Assembly: GCA_010093605.1 (NCBI GenBank)
Contig: MU004195.1
Coordinates: 1,565,566-1,629,565, forward strand
Reading direction: 5' to 3'
Length of the DNA stretch: 64,000 nt
Source: Lophium mytilinum
Lineage: Eukaryota
Made by a program: the position numbers and the translations under genes. The notes under the pieces were generated by a model. The model had not been told where the DNA came from, made no database searches, and worked only from the letters and a program-made list of their open reading frames with translations. Each line of letters begins with the position of its first letter. Positions within the stretch are counted from its first letter, which is position 1. Shown one piece after another: positions 22,048-36,385 of the stretch.

Positions 22048-24962
22048 TCATATGTCGTCTTCATCCTCGCTCTCCACCTTCTTCTTCCCCTGCCGATCTA
22101 GCGTCTCCAGTCCGATACTCTCCCCCCTCCCACTCATCGCGACCGCTTGCCGTCCCGTCTCCGTGTTCGCTAGAAACTCCCTGAGCTTCTCCTTTCCGAT
22201 TTCTAAGGCTTGATTGCTCGCAGCGTTAGTCATGCGCGCCATAGGGCCCCAAAGATTAAGCGTGTAGGTGACGTAGGCGCCGACACCGATGAGGATGAGG
22301 AAGACGAAGTAAAGGGGGTTTCGTAGAACTATTTCTTCACATTAGCAAAGTTCCTGCACGAAAGGCGCAAAGAAGGGGAGATTAGGCTTGCCTGCAACGA
22401 TTTCATTCCACCCCAGCGCAAGCAACAGCCCATAGAAGTACAGCGGCACCTGCGTCATTCCCCCGATCGCGCTCCGCTTCGCCTCGACGTATACACCGTC
22501 CGCCGTTTTCTTGAACCGGACCAGCAAATCCTGCATTTTGGTGTCGTTGAGCACCGTCATCTCCTCCTCCAGGCTCTTCCCCTCGTCCTCGTCAACGCCG
22601 CCAATGGGCGCGAGGTCCTCTTCGTCGGCGGAGGAGGTAGAAGCTGGTGCGCTGCCAATCCAGGCGTCGAGAGGTGGTGGCGCGGAGGTGGCCGCGAGCC
22701 TGAACCGGGCGAGGAGCGGGATGATGGTGACGGTCGATTCGCGCGCTTTGGTATAGAGGCCCTCGATGTCGTCGGTTGGACGCCAGATGCGGGGAACGCC
22801 AGACTCATCGTAGCGGAATTTGTCTTCGAAGCTAGGGATGAGTGTTAGCAAGTAAACACTAGATAGAGCTGATTGGATCATCCGTACTTCTCTCGTAGCT
22901 TGAGGAGGATGTTGCCTTCCATGACCTCCTCGTCGATCTTCGCCCTCAGCACACCCCATGACTTCCGCCGTAGTCGCCAAAGTCCGACTTCAACTTCTTC
23001 AGGGCTAGCATCGAAGCTGCGTGCTCGATCTGTGAACCGGCCCTCAGCACTCTCGACAGTCTCGGTGAAGACAGCCCATATCCGATCCCAGAGGTCTTTC
23101 TCTGTCGCTGGTCTGTCCCCATTCTCCGGAGCGCCAGAACCTCCGCGGCCAGTGCCCAGCTTATTAAACTCCAAACCAACGGACTCGCCGAGTCGTGACC
23201 GGACCCATCGCTCGACCCGGGTAGCAAGGCGGCGCATCTCATCTTTCCGCAACCGCGCAGAGACCTCCTCTAAGTCTTTCTTGTAGAGGGTTAGGTCGGC
23301 CTGGTAGGTGCTCCAAGACGCGCCCTCAACCAATACAGCCTGTGCGTCCTCCTCGAACTTCGCCAGGGCCTTGGCCTTCTCCGAGTCCACGATGTGCGCA
23401 AAGTCGTAGTTATTTCCTTTTTTCTGCCCACTTTTGACCGCCGCGCTGACGGCGCTGCTAAATTGGTCCACTCCGGCCTTGTTAGCCGCGCTGAGTTGCT
23501 TCTGGAACAGCGCCTTCAATCGGGCATCAATCTTGTGCTCCAGCTCTGCTCGCTTCCGGGTATACACGCCCTTGTGGTACCTGCTCGCGTTGGTCTCGAA
23601 GTCCTTCAGTATAGTCGACCGGGCCAGGTTCATAGCAGCACCAAGTCCCGCAAGCACAGTCGGCTGTCCGAGCCTAACACCTTCGGCCTGCTTGTCTTCC
23701 AGGGGCGTGATAGTCTCGTCGAACGCAACGAGAACTTCTCGGGAAATCTCATCGCATCGGAATTGTGCCAGTAGCTCCTGTTGCGTCGGTAGATCCAGGT
23801 CCTTGTTGTTCACGATCTGGTCCCAGACACCCTCCGCATACACCGGAAAGCCGTCCGCGGGGATCCGCCGGTGGTACTGGGGCAGGAAAACGGGGAGCGA
23901 TCCCTCGTCTAGCAGTCCGCTCTTCTTAGGATCGTTGTACCCTTCCCGGAACCGATGGCTGAGCTTCTCGACCTCCTCTTCAAACTTTTCCGGCTGTAGG
24001 ATCTTGTGTGGGAGCGCACAGAACGCAAAATCAAAGTAATCGTCTATCCGCGAGTTTTCGAGGCCCTTGGGTTTCGAGAGCGTCGACCAAATCCGCGACA
24101 GGTCTTGGAGGAGGGTATTCCGTAGATTAGACATAGGCGTCGTACCAATATGATCCCGAATAACGAAAAAGAGGAGTGTCTTCGCAATAGTCCTGCAGCC
24201 GTGTCAGCAATCTGCATCCATCCCCCTAAAACCCTCACAACAAGAATAGAAAAGCAGAGCGCATACTTGCTATCCTTGATAAACAGCTGCAAATTGACCT
24301 CAAACACCGTCTTCAACAGCCCCATATTCGCCCCCTGATACAACCCAACCTGATGCTCCCAAATGTTCACAATGAGCACCTCACTCGTCGCGAGCGCAAA
24401 CAACGCGCTCTTGCGCTCAAAATCCTGGTCCTCGCCGCGTTCCCGCCCGTCTGTACCCTCCACATCCATAACGAGGATGTTTTCCGCCATACTATTCGCG
24501 TCCTTGACCGCGCTCACGCGCTTGTTCTTGCTCATCCAGATGCCCTTTGTCGTCTGCCGCCGCTCCTGCTCCGACATGACGCCAAACTCGGTGCCGAAGA
24601 GGTAGTTAAGGAGTGTCGATTTGCCGGTCGACTGCGAGCCGAAGACGGAAATCAGGTGGTAGTTGAAGCCGGCGGGTATGATTTTCTCGATGCTGAGGTA
24701 CGTGGAGAGGTGCTGGCTGCAGTGTCCCGATGTTAGCTTCTGGCTCTGTGTGCACCATTGCGAAGGGCCCGGAGAGCACGCCGGAGGAGACTCACTTGAA
24801 CTCCTTGTCCTCGTCGATGACCTGGATGCCATGCTCGTACTGCTCCCGGCTGGGGTTCTCCCCTACCGGAGCGAAGTGAGAGTTCATCATGGTGGGCGGG
24901 GCGGTGGGGTGTCTGGTGTTGCTGGGCCGCCGATCCCCGTTGACGTGCAGAGAAGATGCCAT
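22048..24962 (-). CDS. SEY1: Sey1/RHD3 atlastin-like ER fusion GTPase
   Basis: [60 protein letters not shown], and the C-terminal TM hairpin [13 protein letters not shown]. Confidence 0.98.
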
Positions 24963-25993
24963 GACGATACACGGGGTGCTCGCTGGCTGTGAATAAATTG
25001 TTGGGGGGAGGGCGTTGATGTCATGCGGTCTGCGGTGAAGGCGTTCGGTCCCAAGTCGGGGGTGTGTCTTCATTCGCCCACGCCGACTCGCTTAGGGACG
25101 CCGTCAGGTCATTCCTTGCGACACGGCACAGCATTATGGAGCCACCATCAGACGGTCATTGTTCACTGACTGGAAACGTAGCCTCTCGTCTCGTCACGGG
25201 ATTAGAATCTAACAACACTTTCAAAGGGCTCTAAGCATAGAATACTCTCGAGTTCACAAGTCACTTTGCAAAGCACACTAGTATTAGGATTGCATATATT
25301 CCGTCAACGAGTGACTAGCATCCTGGTTTTTCTATCAATGTTTTTGGGTTTTTGTGGTTAGCAAACTCCAGTAAAGCAAATGAACCTGTCCCGCACACCA
25401 CCTCATTACGTGTGCCCCTTGACACCGTTGACCCAGCTCAGCAAGCAGAACAATAAGACATGTTGTCAAAAAGAAAACCTCCACATGAATGGATCCACGA
25501 ATGAGTCCAGAAACCGTTAAGCCGTAAGATTCCGGTTAGGTCGAGCCTCCAGATTGTGATTCGGAATCCAAACAGCCATAGAGTGAGAGAGAAACCTCAA
25601 CCCCATGCCTATCAGATGGCGAAGAAGGTTGTTTTGAGTTGGTAAAAGGAAATGCAATATAGACTTGAAAGCTGCTGAGTGTAACCGTGTTTCCAGAAAG
25701 ATACCGTCAACCAACTTGTGACCATAGAAAAGTATACGCTTTTACCATATCCCAACCATGAGACGAGGATTTTTGAGCATGGTAAATGCGCTACGAGGCT
25801 ATTATCGAGTTCGTATACCAAGACAGCCTCTCGAGATGAAGAGACGACTAAGAACAAAATCGAGGTAAGCCAGTGGACATCGGATCGTAAGTGGTCGAAA
25901 TCAATGGTCCGCTTTTCGGGAGATCGGGAACGAGTGTGGTGCCAAGCGGGTAGACAAGTTTCCAGACGGTAGACCAAAGGGCAGATGATACGC

Positions 25994-28784
25994 CTAGTTG
26001 GCACGGAAGGCGCCATAGGCCGATCCACCACGGTTGGAAGTGCCAGAGTTGTAGCGGTTCAGCTGCATGCCAGCAGGAGGACCGGGACGAGTGGTGAAAG
26101 CGGGGTTGCAGCAGAGCATGGCAACACGAGAGCCATACTTGGAGCCACGAAGGGAGACCATGTGCTTGCGGACATGATTGGAAACAATCTCACGGTGCTG
26201 GGTGCCGCAATGGGTCAAGATGTACTGGATCAGGTAGTTGCCAAACTGATCTCCAGCGATGTCGATGAGTGGCATGCGAGGACGATCGGCACGACCTTCG
26301 CAGACTCGCTCGAGATAGCGATCGAGGAACTCGTTGCCACCAATCTTGAGGCATTTCTCAATGACTTTGGAAGCATACTGGTCCATGCTGTACTCAGTGG
26401 CGAAGCGGAGAATATGATCGATGGCCCGGTTGCGGTCAGCCGGGGCTCCGTATTCGCAGATGTGCTGAATGCACCAGTTACCGAACTGGCCATGGGAAAT
26501 GACATCAATGCTGGCGAGGACTTCGTTGATGCAGGGACGCTGTTGATCAAATTAGCAAGGTTCAGTGAGAGTGTCAAAGCAACTAACCTTGTCTTCTTCG
26601 AGGCAGTTCTCAAAGATGTTCTGGACCACAAGACTACCAGTTTCGCCCAAGGCAACTTCGTGCCACATGCCACGAAGGGCTTCGTTGACATACTTCATGA
26701 TCTGAGGAGGAGAGTCGCTCCAGCGAAGCTCGAACAGCTTCTGCCAGACGTGGCAGGCATAGCGGTGGATGACAGTTTCCGGGATGCGGCGGAGCAGTTC
26801 GTGGACCATGATAGCCTTGTACTCCTCAGGGACGGCATCGAAGGCCTTTTGGATGACATGACAGCCAAAGGCATCCATGCTAAGAGTAAGAGTGTTGCCA
26901 CGGATGGCATTGGCAATGGCGATCACCTGCTCGGCTGTGCCGTGCTCGAAGCAGCGCTGAACCAAGAAGTTGCCGAAGCGGTTGACCATCAACGGATATG
27001 CCTGAGCAATGATGGCTTCCACGATCTCGAACTTCTGCTCTGCCGTGCCCACCTTGAGCTTCTGCTGGAGGAAGATGGAGGCCTGCTGGTCATTGTTGCC
27101 GACGATCTTGTCGACAATATACTTCCAGTCGCAATTCATGTTGCGGTCGAGGAGACGACGATAGTTCATGGGCTCTTGTGGGTTCATCCAGCCGCTGCCG
27201 GCATTGGAGACGGGCTGATCGAGGCTGAGGTCAGTCAGAACTCTCGCCAAATTGTGGGCCACGTTCACCTGAACATTCCATGGAGTCGGCGCCATTGCAT
27301 CCACACTGAACTCCGCTGCTTCAGGAGACAGCCTAGTACCCATGGTTCCAATTGGCTGCTGGTACGCGAAAGCGTGCGGGTTGTTGATAGGCGGGTACAT
27401 GCCGGGAACGCTCATTGGAGGCATTCCCATCTGACTCATCGTAGTAGGGCTCAAGCCTCCAGCGGTGGCCATCGAGGACGCAGAGTACTGGGCGTATTGG
27501 CCGCCATAGCGTGCGTCAAACGCGGAATTTGGACGGCTGGGTGGGTTCATTCCTCCAATAGCTCCGCGGTTGTTACGGTCCAGCGGGAAGTGGGTAGGCT
27601 CGTTCAGATACTGGTTGCCGCGATAGTTGTCCATGCGAGGGCCGCTGGAGGGGCGATGCTGATGAGCGGGCATGGCGCTATACGGCTGTGCAGTCATGCC
27701 AAGGTTGACATTGGGGTTGAAGTAGGGTCGCACGCCGTTGGGATTGCCCCAATTGTTGCCGATTGGAGTGGGAGCCGGATATTGCTGCTGTTGACCAACG
27801 TGAGGGCCATTGATTCCCAAGGCTGGTCGCATGCCATTGCCCCAGATGGCCTGGCCACGGTTGAACGCTCCGGCCGACATCGCCTCGCTCGCCTCGGAGC
27901 GAGCATCGTCTTGGAGGGGCCAGCTCTCCTGGCGAGCCACTGGGCGGGTGGACGCGTTAAGGGCATTTTGCAGCTTGCTGATGGTGTGCTCCGTGATGTC
28001 TCCCTTGTAGTGCTGTGGGAAATCCGCTTCGGATGGCGTTCCCAGGGCTTGGTTGAAGGTAGACGCGGTAAGGCGAGTAGCATGGAGTTCTTGGTCCACG
28101 CGGGCAAGCTTGCTACGAGTTACCTCAAGCTCCTTGCGGAGACGAATGAACTCGGAAGAGTTGGGGTTCTGGATAGTCTCCAGGTCTGGGTCCGTGGTCG
28201 GCGTGGTGACGAACCTATCGCTAGCCGGAGTGATTGGGATAGAGCCACTCGAGGTCCGAGAAGAAGTGTCGTAGTCGCCACCGCGGACAGGAATGTTCAA
28301 GTTATTGTCCACCTCGGAGGAAGCCATGGTCGGCGGCTTGGTGCTCTGGTGGTCGTTCAGGCGAGCCAGCAGAGTGTCGTACATAGTCTCCTGTTGTTCA
28401 ACTGGGACGGTCTCGGTCTCGACCTTCTGCTTCTAGAGGAGTCAGCGAGTTGCTAATGTGAACTTGAGGTGGGTGACTGACCTTGAGCGGGGCGTTGCGG
28501 GCAGGTGCTCTACCCTGATTGCCGAGCTTTGAAGTCGTCAGCGGCAGAAGACCCTCTGGGATGATAGAGCCAGGACGCTTAACACCCTGCGTGTTGGATG
28601 TCAACTGGTAATAAGATTGCAAGCGGGGTGGGCTGTCGGAGTAGATGGCACGGAAGGTGTCAGCGCCTACCACCGTAGCAAGCGTCTCCGCAGAGGTGTC
28701 GATCTTCAAGTCCTCGTGGACGTTGAAGCGGGAGGTCTTGCGCGGGGTGGGAGATCCCTCGGATGAAATATTTGCGTTGCTCAT
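25994..28784 (-). CDS. Pumilio-family (PUF) RNA-binding protein, similar to the meiotic PUF/Mcp2 type
   Basis: Puf repeats: NRFGNFLVQRCFE, DAFGCHVIQKAFD, HRYACHVWQKLFE, DQYASKVIEKCL, DQFGNYLIQYIL; long low-complexity N-terminus; three introns. Confidence 0.95.
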
Positions 28785-29514
28785 GGCGAATTTCCCTCAC
28801 AGTTGTTGAGTTGGCGAAAGATGTGAGAGATGGGGTTGACGACAGAGGTGCCGACGAGATAGGCCCTTGGGGTGGCGTTGTAAGATACAATCAGACAACA
28901 GTAAACAAACACCAACTTACTTTACCTGACGCGGTGGTGAAGCTATGCAATGTGATGGAGAACAAGGCTGTGGCGGTAGATTGCCAAAGCAGATGGATGA
29001 AGAAGAGAAGAAGGCAGACAAGACGACAGGACCAGATGGCAGATATGTTCCTCCGCTATGTAGTCGGTGTCAGCAGCTGCTGCCGGGCGCCCTGTGAGAG
29101 AGCTGGAAAGGGTCGAGGGCAGCTTGGGGGAGGTGACGCCGACAATGTTGACGAGATCCAGGTCCGCCTTCCGGATGAGCTGGGTCGATGAAACTTGCAG
29201 TAGATGCGACGGAGGCGCCGTCCCGCAGTAAGCAGAGAACTAGATTACAGCAGAGCAGAACTAAGTAGCAGACCCAAGATGAAGGCAAAATGGAGAGAGT
29301 CAAGGAGTGTGGGTGATGAAGGACCGTGGGTTGTTGTGGGTGTGGAAGGAAGCAGGTGGAGGGCAGGACGCGATATTTATCCTCAGACCGGAACAACACG
29401 ACGCGCCGGTCTGGCGGCCAACGACGTCACCATGGACAGGCTCGCCGCACCTCTACCGCTGCAATTGATTATGGCTAATGGCAGCTACTTCACTTGTTTG
29501 ACCTACAGTGCTGC

Positions 29515-32500
29515 TCACCGCAAGACGGCCGTCTTGGTAACATTCCACTCGTGGTCAAAGAAGCCCATCGCCACTGCTCCTTCGACGCCCTTCCACAGGC
29601 AGTCCCGCCGCATCACCACAAAGTCTGGCTGCCCGACGCCGGTCAGCATCGGCACGAGCCGAGCCGCAATCGCCAGGCTCTCCCTATTCACTCCCCACAC
29701 CACTAACTCGAGCCGCTCGTCGGGCAGGGGCCGCAAGAAGATGGCCGACAGACCCCCTTCACCACCATACTCCCTCGTCCGGCCACCAGCCTCCTGAATG
29801 GAGAGGCCAGAAGATGACAATTTGATGGGGAATAGCGGGTGAGAGTTAGCGTGCACATCTCCGCCTATGCTAGTAGTGATAACATTACCTGGAGTGTGGT
29901 CCGCCTGTGTCTTGGCTTCTACAACGGCGGAGTCGGCATAGAAGTATTGGTAGAGGTTGCGGGAGATCTGAAGAGCTATTCCAGAGGCCTCGCTATGCTG
30001 GTATTGGATGGTGAAGTGGCCCCGCGTTCGTAGTATGGCATCCATGGCCCCGAGCTGCCGGCCGCTGCGGAGCAGGGAACTAGGTTGTTTATTACCGACC
30101 TAGGCTTATTAGACTCATCCATCTAGAGTGAGTGCCTCGTCGCTTATCTGTCTATACTTTCTTGCTATTGCGTGAAGACTTTGAGGGCTTGACCGGGATA
30201 TTAAGCGAAAGGATACTTATATGCCTGCAAGACTTCGAGGCTCTGACGCAGGGGTGAAAGCGTGTTCGCAAGGCTAAGATCAACCACCGTAACAGAGAAG
30301 ATTGACTGACCTTCCATTGCCCGTTTGTGTTTCTCCAAAGAACCATCTTATCTTCCTGATGCAGCACCGTTCCATCGAGCTTATTGAGGTCTTGACCATC
30401 TAAGGTGATTGAAGACAGCCCAGAACTATGCCGCTGGTCGTCAACTTCCAGACTCAACACATTCGAGGTAGTCACTCGATATTTCGCCGTTACTTCATCA
30501 AACACGACGTCTACTCTCCCGTACTGACCAGGCGTCTCAAGTTGGGTCACCCTCAATCCTCCTTTTGAGCCTGTATCAGCAGGACTCCCCACGACGAGGC
30601 TAAACGACTGCAGTTCTTGATCCCCGGGAATCTTGCCTATTTGTTGGTTGTAGAAATCAAGCAGCTGAGGAGTGGCCATTATGCCATCAAACCAATGGCC
30701 TTTGTCCGGCAGTTCGTAGTATCGAGATGTTCCATTGGCTTGGAGCAGAAGCTGGCTAAGAAGTCTAGAATGATACGTCGGTACGTTGTCATCCAAGGCA
30801 CCGTGTTGCTGCAAGATCGGGATACCCTTGCAGTTTTCCAGGAGAAGTTCGTGGCGGTAGCTATTCAAGGCACCGTCGCGGATGGCAGAACGTTGTGGAT
30901 CCATTGGCTGCCACAGGAGATATGGGACGTAGTCTACGCGATGTCAGCAACATTACCACGCTTTGGGGACAAACCGATACTGTTACTTTGTATAGACGAA
31001 TATCCAGAGAGAGGGGCCGCAGCGATAATTTTACTTGGTCGATGAGTCAATGCATACCAGGCGCCTTGTCCTATTAAATTTTAGCATCGACTTATAAGTA
31101 CCCGTTAAAGTAGAATTTAGCAAGACTTACCACCATTCGAGTGGCCGGCGACGAGCCATCGCTGAAGATCAGCAGCAGGACCTTGCCATCCCACAGCCTC
31201 AATCCATTTGGGAACATAGTTCACAGCTACTTCTACATCTGCAAACCCCCAATTATCTAAGATTATTTTGTCAGTTTTGCTTCTTGAATGTACATTATAA
31301 TAACTTACGCCAATCATCTCCACTCCACGTCGTCACACCGGTAGGGAAAAGAACCCAGGCTTTGATATCTGAAGTACGATCAAGAGCGTGCGCCACTAAG
31401 TCGTTCTCTGCCTCGACCCCAGCTCCATGAAATGCTAAAAGGATTGGAAACTTTTCATTCTCGCTGGAATCTTGGACGGCCTTTTTAGAGGGTGGCCTTA
31501 ACATGGCGTAGGACAGAATAGAACCTGGATGGAGGTAGGTAATCTTGTGCGGCTCATAGATTGAACGATGGGTGAGTGTCTGGGAGACTTCTAGAAAAGA
31601 CGGAAAGCTAGCAGGGCTGACTTGACGGTATTTTATGCGAACGCTAATGGACGGAGTAGTTGTATCACTAAGCTTTACATCGAAGAGTATTGGTCTGGTT
31701 TGTCCAGCAGCAACTACCACGCTCGACTTCAACGTCACGGTGGTGGTAGAGTCCTGATTGTTCTTAGCTAGCACATCCAAACAACTAGTAGAATATATGG
31801 CCATTATTGTATGTCTAGTACAACCTAAGCTACTCACATTCAAGGATGGCTCAACACTCAAGATCTCAAGATCCTGAGCTTTATTGTTTCGGACAGTGAC
31901 CGATGCTAGCGAACTTGCGAGTGATCCGTCCACTACATCTGCCATTACAATACCCTGAGATGCTACCTCCAACGAGCCACTAGCCAGTTCGATCGCGATG
32001 ATGAAGGGCGCATCTCCACCGCCCATAGCTCTCACATCATAAACAAGACGAACATCCACAGTATGCGCGCCAGGGCCAAGACGAATCACCGGGGGTGCCT
32101 TGCGGAAAGAGTAAAAGTCGCCGCCGAAGTAATGCACGCCATCGATCCAGAACTCAAGGATGGAGTCGGAGTAGACAATCAAAGGTAAATCCTGTTCGGT
32201 ATCGATGGAAAACTGGCCCCTGGCCCATGCCTGATACTGTCGGGCAGCCCATCCGTAAACGCCTTGAAGCGGCAACCCGGGGTTCTCAAAGTTGACAGGC
32301 AGGGAGACAGACGAGCCGAAAGCGTTGGCGTTCACAGTCTCCCCTTCAAGCAAAGACCATCCCACGGTTCCATCTATGCCGAGAGAGCTTCGAAAGCGAG
32401 CTTCCTTATCACACTGTAGACTTCGGAAACCGCCAAAGAACTCTAGAGGATCTGCTCCCCACGGTGCTTCTGTTCATATATTAGCAAAGAGCCAGCTGTT

Positions 32501-32701
32501 TCTCAAGGCTTCAGAGCTCGTACCTCTTGAGCCAGCCTGGAACGGTCCCAGAATCTGCCATGCTGAGCTGAAGCTGACTGAGAATGACGGCGGGGTCCCC
32601 TCCTGGCCCAATGGCACCATTTCGTCTCTGAGACGAGCGGCATTAGCCAGAAAAGTGATGAAGCACAGTAAGAAAGGACGTAGCAACCTATTCAGCGGCA
32701 T
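29515..32701 (-). CDS. Large secreted alpha/beta-hydrolase (peptidase S9-like catalytic core), multi-exon
   Basis: Signal peptide; WQILGPF; LAFHGAGVEA; nucleophile WLVAGHSNGG; QHGALDDNVP; GHWFDG; GVGQPDFVV. Confidence 0.82.
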
Positions 32702-33103
32702 TTTGGGCAATTCAAACGCGTCTCCCACTGTTCATCTCGTCGAAGGAGTGACTTGAAGCAAGTGGGGTACTGGTGGTTGGAATAAGATTCAATACGGCGT
32801 TCCGCTGACGTGACGCCGTTGCATCTTAAATTGGTAGGTAGGTAGGAGATTATTCTAAGCCGCGTTTGTTCTGTCGGCCCTGCTCCGACCTTGAACGCGC
32901 CGAGTCGAAACTTCAACACCACCAAACTTCTCTTGCCTGCACCTCTCCGTTCGAACCTCGTGGGAGCTGTCTTGACGGCGCGTTACACCAGTCTCGCCCT
33001 CCCTCGAACCCTCTCGCTCGACCACCTGGCTACATCGTCGCCCGCGCCCCCCACTCTCATGGGGTTAACAAAACGCGCGTTCGAGTTATTCCAATAGTCC
33101 CGA

Positions 33104-34801
33104 ATGGCGTCCGCAACGCCTCTGTCGCCGACCTCCCACCAGACGTTCAAGTTTCCCGCCTTCCAGCCTGACCACCTCCCGACCCACGAGGAGGAGCCGT
33201 ATGGCCAGAGCTCCTCGAGATCGCCGAGCCCCAACCCCAGCTATGCCTCGAGGCCGAACGGAAATGTGATCGCGGACCGGTGGCAGCCGCGAAAGGAATC
33301 GTCAAATCCATATTGGTCCAATGCCAATTCCGCGGCGGCGGCGTCGAGGCATGGCCGGCAAAAGAGCTTGAGTGAGGCGTTCAGGACAATACGAACACGG
33401 CGAGGGAGCGTGAGCCAGAACGCGCATGAGCTTGCAGATGCATTAAAGGCGCCCGTCTCCCCTAGGCTCATTGTAAGACGTCTCGAGCTTCTTGAGATGC
33501 GATCCTAGGTCAACTACTGACTTGAGCAGATGCTGTGCGGAATTTGGTACATGACCTCCATTCTCTCCAATACCTCCTCAAAGGCAATCCTCACAGCGCT
33601 CCCGAAACCTGTGACACTCACGGTCATACAATTTGCTTTTGTGTCATCCTGGTGTATCTTCCTGGCGGCACTGGCGAAAAGGTGGCCTCAATTGAAAGTT
33701 TATATACCTGTCTTGAAATTTGGGATAAGACCCCCAACAAAGGAGCTCATTATGACCACGCTTCCTCTGACTCTCTTCCAAATCGGCGGCCACATCCTAA
33801 GCTCCGATGCGATGTCCCGCATTCCCGTCTCGCTCGTCCATACCATCAAGGGGCTCTCCCCTCTTCTCACAGTGCTTGCATATCGATTATTCCTCAACAT
33901 CGAGTACTCGACTCCTACGTACCTCTCTCTTATTCCTCTCACCTTAGGCGTTGTTATGGCGTGTTCGGCCGATTTCAACGCAAATTTTCTAGGGCTCCTC
34001 TACGCTTTCGGTAGCACCATACTCTTCGTCACGCAGAACATAATGTCGAAGAAGATATTCAACGAGGCCGCGGCCGCCGAGGCAGAAGGCATAGCTCCCA
34101 CAAGATTCACCAAGCCGGACAAACTCAATTTGCTCTGCTATTCTAGCGGGCTCGCGTTCATTTTTACACTACCAATTTGGGCCTGGTCTGAAGGATTTGG
34201 CCTTCTCTCCGATTTCATGCAGGACGCATCCATCGATCTTTCGAATCGTGAGGGCCGTCTAGATCACGGGCAGCTTACCGCGGAATTCTTTTTCAACGGC
34301 ATGTTCCACTTCGGCCAGAATATTGTCGCCTTTATCCTGCTTTCCATGGTCTCGCCAGTTACGTACTCTGTAGCCAGTCTCATCAAACGCGTTTTCGTCA
34401 TCGTTTTCGCCATCCTTTGGTTCGGCAAAAGCATGTCTCCGACTCAAGGCTTTGGTTTCGCCCTTACATTCCTCGGCCTCTACCTTTATGACAGGATGTC
34501 AGACGGAGATAAAGCCGATCGAAAAGCGCGGTTGCTCCAATCACGACAAAACGGTACTTTGTTGCCCCTTACCACGGATAGTATTGCCCCGACTTACAGT
34601 GCCTCTCCCGTGGTAATGAGCTCTGGTCCTGGGCCAAATGGGATCCCGGATTTTTCGCGAGAAGAGAAACGCAACGACGACGTGGGTGGACGACCGCGCG
34701 GCACGAGTGGAAAGCGGTTACTACCAGGGACAAAGCAGGAGGATACCTGGCGGGCAAATGGCCACGGTCCAGCATCTGGCAAGGGCATCGCTGTGACATA
34801 G
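33104..34801 (+). CDS. Triose-phosphate/nucleotide-sugar transporter family protein (Sly41/SLC35E1-like)
   Basis: IPVSLVHTIKGLSPL, DKLNLLCYSS, VSPVTYSVASLIKRVFVI; one intron at about 33473-33529. Confidence 0.92.
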
Positions 34802-35197
34802 CGTCCCTTTTACCTTCATATGATGTATTATTTATTCGCTGTATAGAATTGGGCATCTGACGGCGTTCAGAAGGCGGCTTTGGGTACTGGATGCGATAGG
34901 CGCGCGATCACGATTGACATGTTGGTTGGGCGTAGGTAGATGACGTCCCATGAACGTACCGTGGGTAGACAACGAGAATTTCTCCGATTGCGCTCCCAGC
35001 CCCCTGAATTTGTATTCGTCCTCGATCTTTGGTTCTCCTGAGCTGTGGCCGGCCAAGCAGACTTGGCAAGCAGAAAAAAAAGTACTTAACCTCGTCCCCG
35101 CCCGTTCCCTCTTCTCTCTTCGCCTTCGGGCATCCTCTCCTTTCATCTCCTCCCAACGCCTCCTCTGCACCTCCACACTCTTTTGCTCCTAAAACAA

Positions 35198-35523
35198 CCA
35201 CACTCTCTTATTGCTCCGCGACACACACACTCTTGTTGCTTTACAGCACACACACACTCTTGTCGCTTCCCAGCACTCTCATTTCGTAAGTCTTCCGCAC
35301 GCCAACCCAGCCGTCCACTCTCTTGAACACCCACATTCCCTTGAACACCCACATTCCCTTGAAACCCCACTTTCCCTTGAAACTCTACAGTCCCTTGTTG
35401 CTTGACAGCATATCTACCATCTCGCTGCTTTATAGCACACCTCCCACACTCCTTAATACTCCCCACACTCCTTCCTCGTCGCTTCACCGCGCACACACTC
35501 TCTCGTTGCTTCACAGCACACAC
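35198..35523. repeat. Degenerate minisatellite: ~27-bp units plus 18-bp units
   Basis: About six variants of acacacactcttgttgctttacagc, and three to four copies of cttgaacacccacattcc at about 35322-35385. Confidence 0.75.
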
Positions 35524-36385
35524 CGTACCTTACACTCTCTTGCACCTACACTTTCCTTTCGGGTCGGAGTCAGGCTCATCGCCGAAGCTCCGAGGGGGTT
35601 GCGCAATCATGGATGGCAATCACTGATCCGGTGCGAGTTTGGGGCCCGGACACCCGAAAAAAAGTCACTTTTGTAGAATCAATGGAGCTTTTTTTGTTTG
35701 ATTTCGTGTGCGCTGTGATTTCTTGCGTGTGTGGCCTTTCGCTTATGTGGTATTCTGCGTATGTGGCCTTTCGTAATTTGTGGGATCTGGCCAGTTCGCG
35801 GCGGGGATTTGTTGTTGTGGTTGGGGCTGATGATTGGGGTAGGGGAATAGAGGCGCTAGGAAAACCTTGGGAACGTACGTTACGATACCGAGCTTGTGGA
35901 CCAATTACACTATGTGGGGAGTACCTATGCACAGGGCTATGATGGGCCCTTAACGATCGAAGCGCGTAGGTATAATCGACTTTGATAGTGGCTGGATAAT
36001 TGGGAGCAGTATCGTTCTAGTGACAGTAGCCAGTCATTGCCCCCCTAGTGTAACTGGCTACGGTCTAAAGGTACCTACGGACGACGAGGGAAAGCAGAGA
36101 GGCAACAGAAAGCACCACGCAACCGGGCTTCAAGCTTCTAAACAGTAACAAAACATCAAAACATCAAAACAGTTAGGCCACCCAGCTACCACTGCGCTAC
36201 TATACAATAGAGTCGGAATTTTTTACGGGATCGCTGAGTGGTTGAATCTGCCTCTGCTAGTTAGTATGAAAGGAGCACTACAATAACAGGTATCATTTGA
36301 AGTCCGGACCCTAAGAGCTCTCATCACAGCCAACGTAGAGCTGCTGCCTACGATCCCATAGCCTCCCCTGCCTTCGCTCTCAGCA

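Noticed and set aside
35613..35942. 109-aa ORF with a hydrophobic stretch
   Set aside because: No recognisable family or gene signals; lies in a degenerate region.
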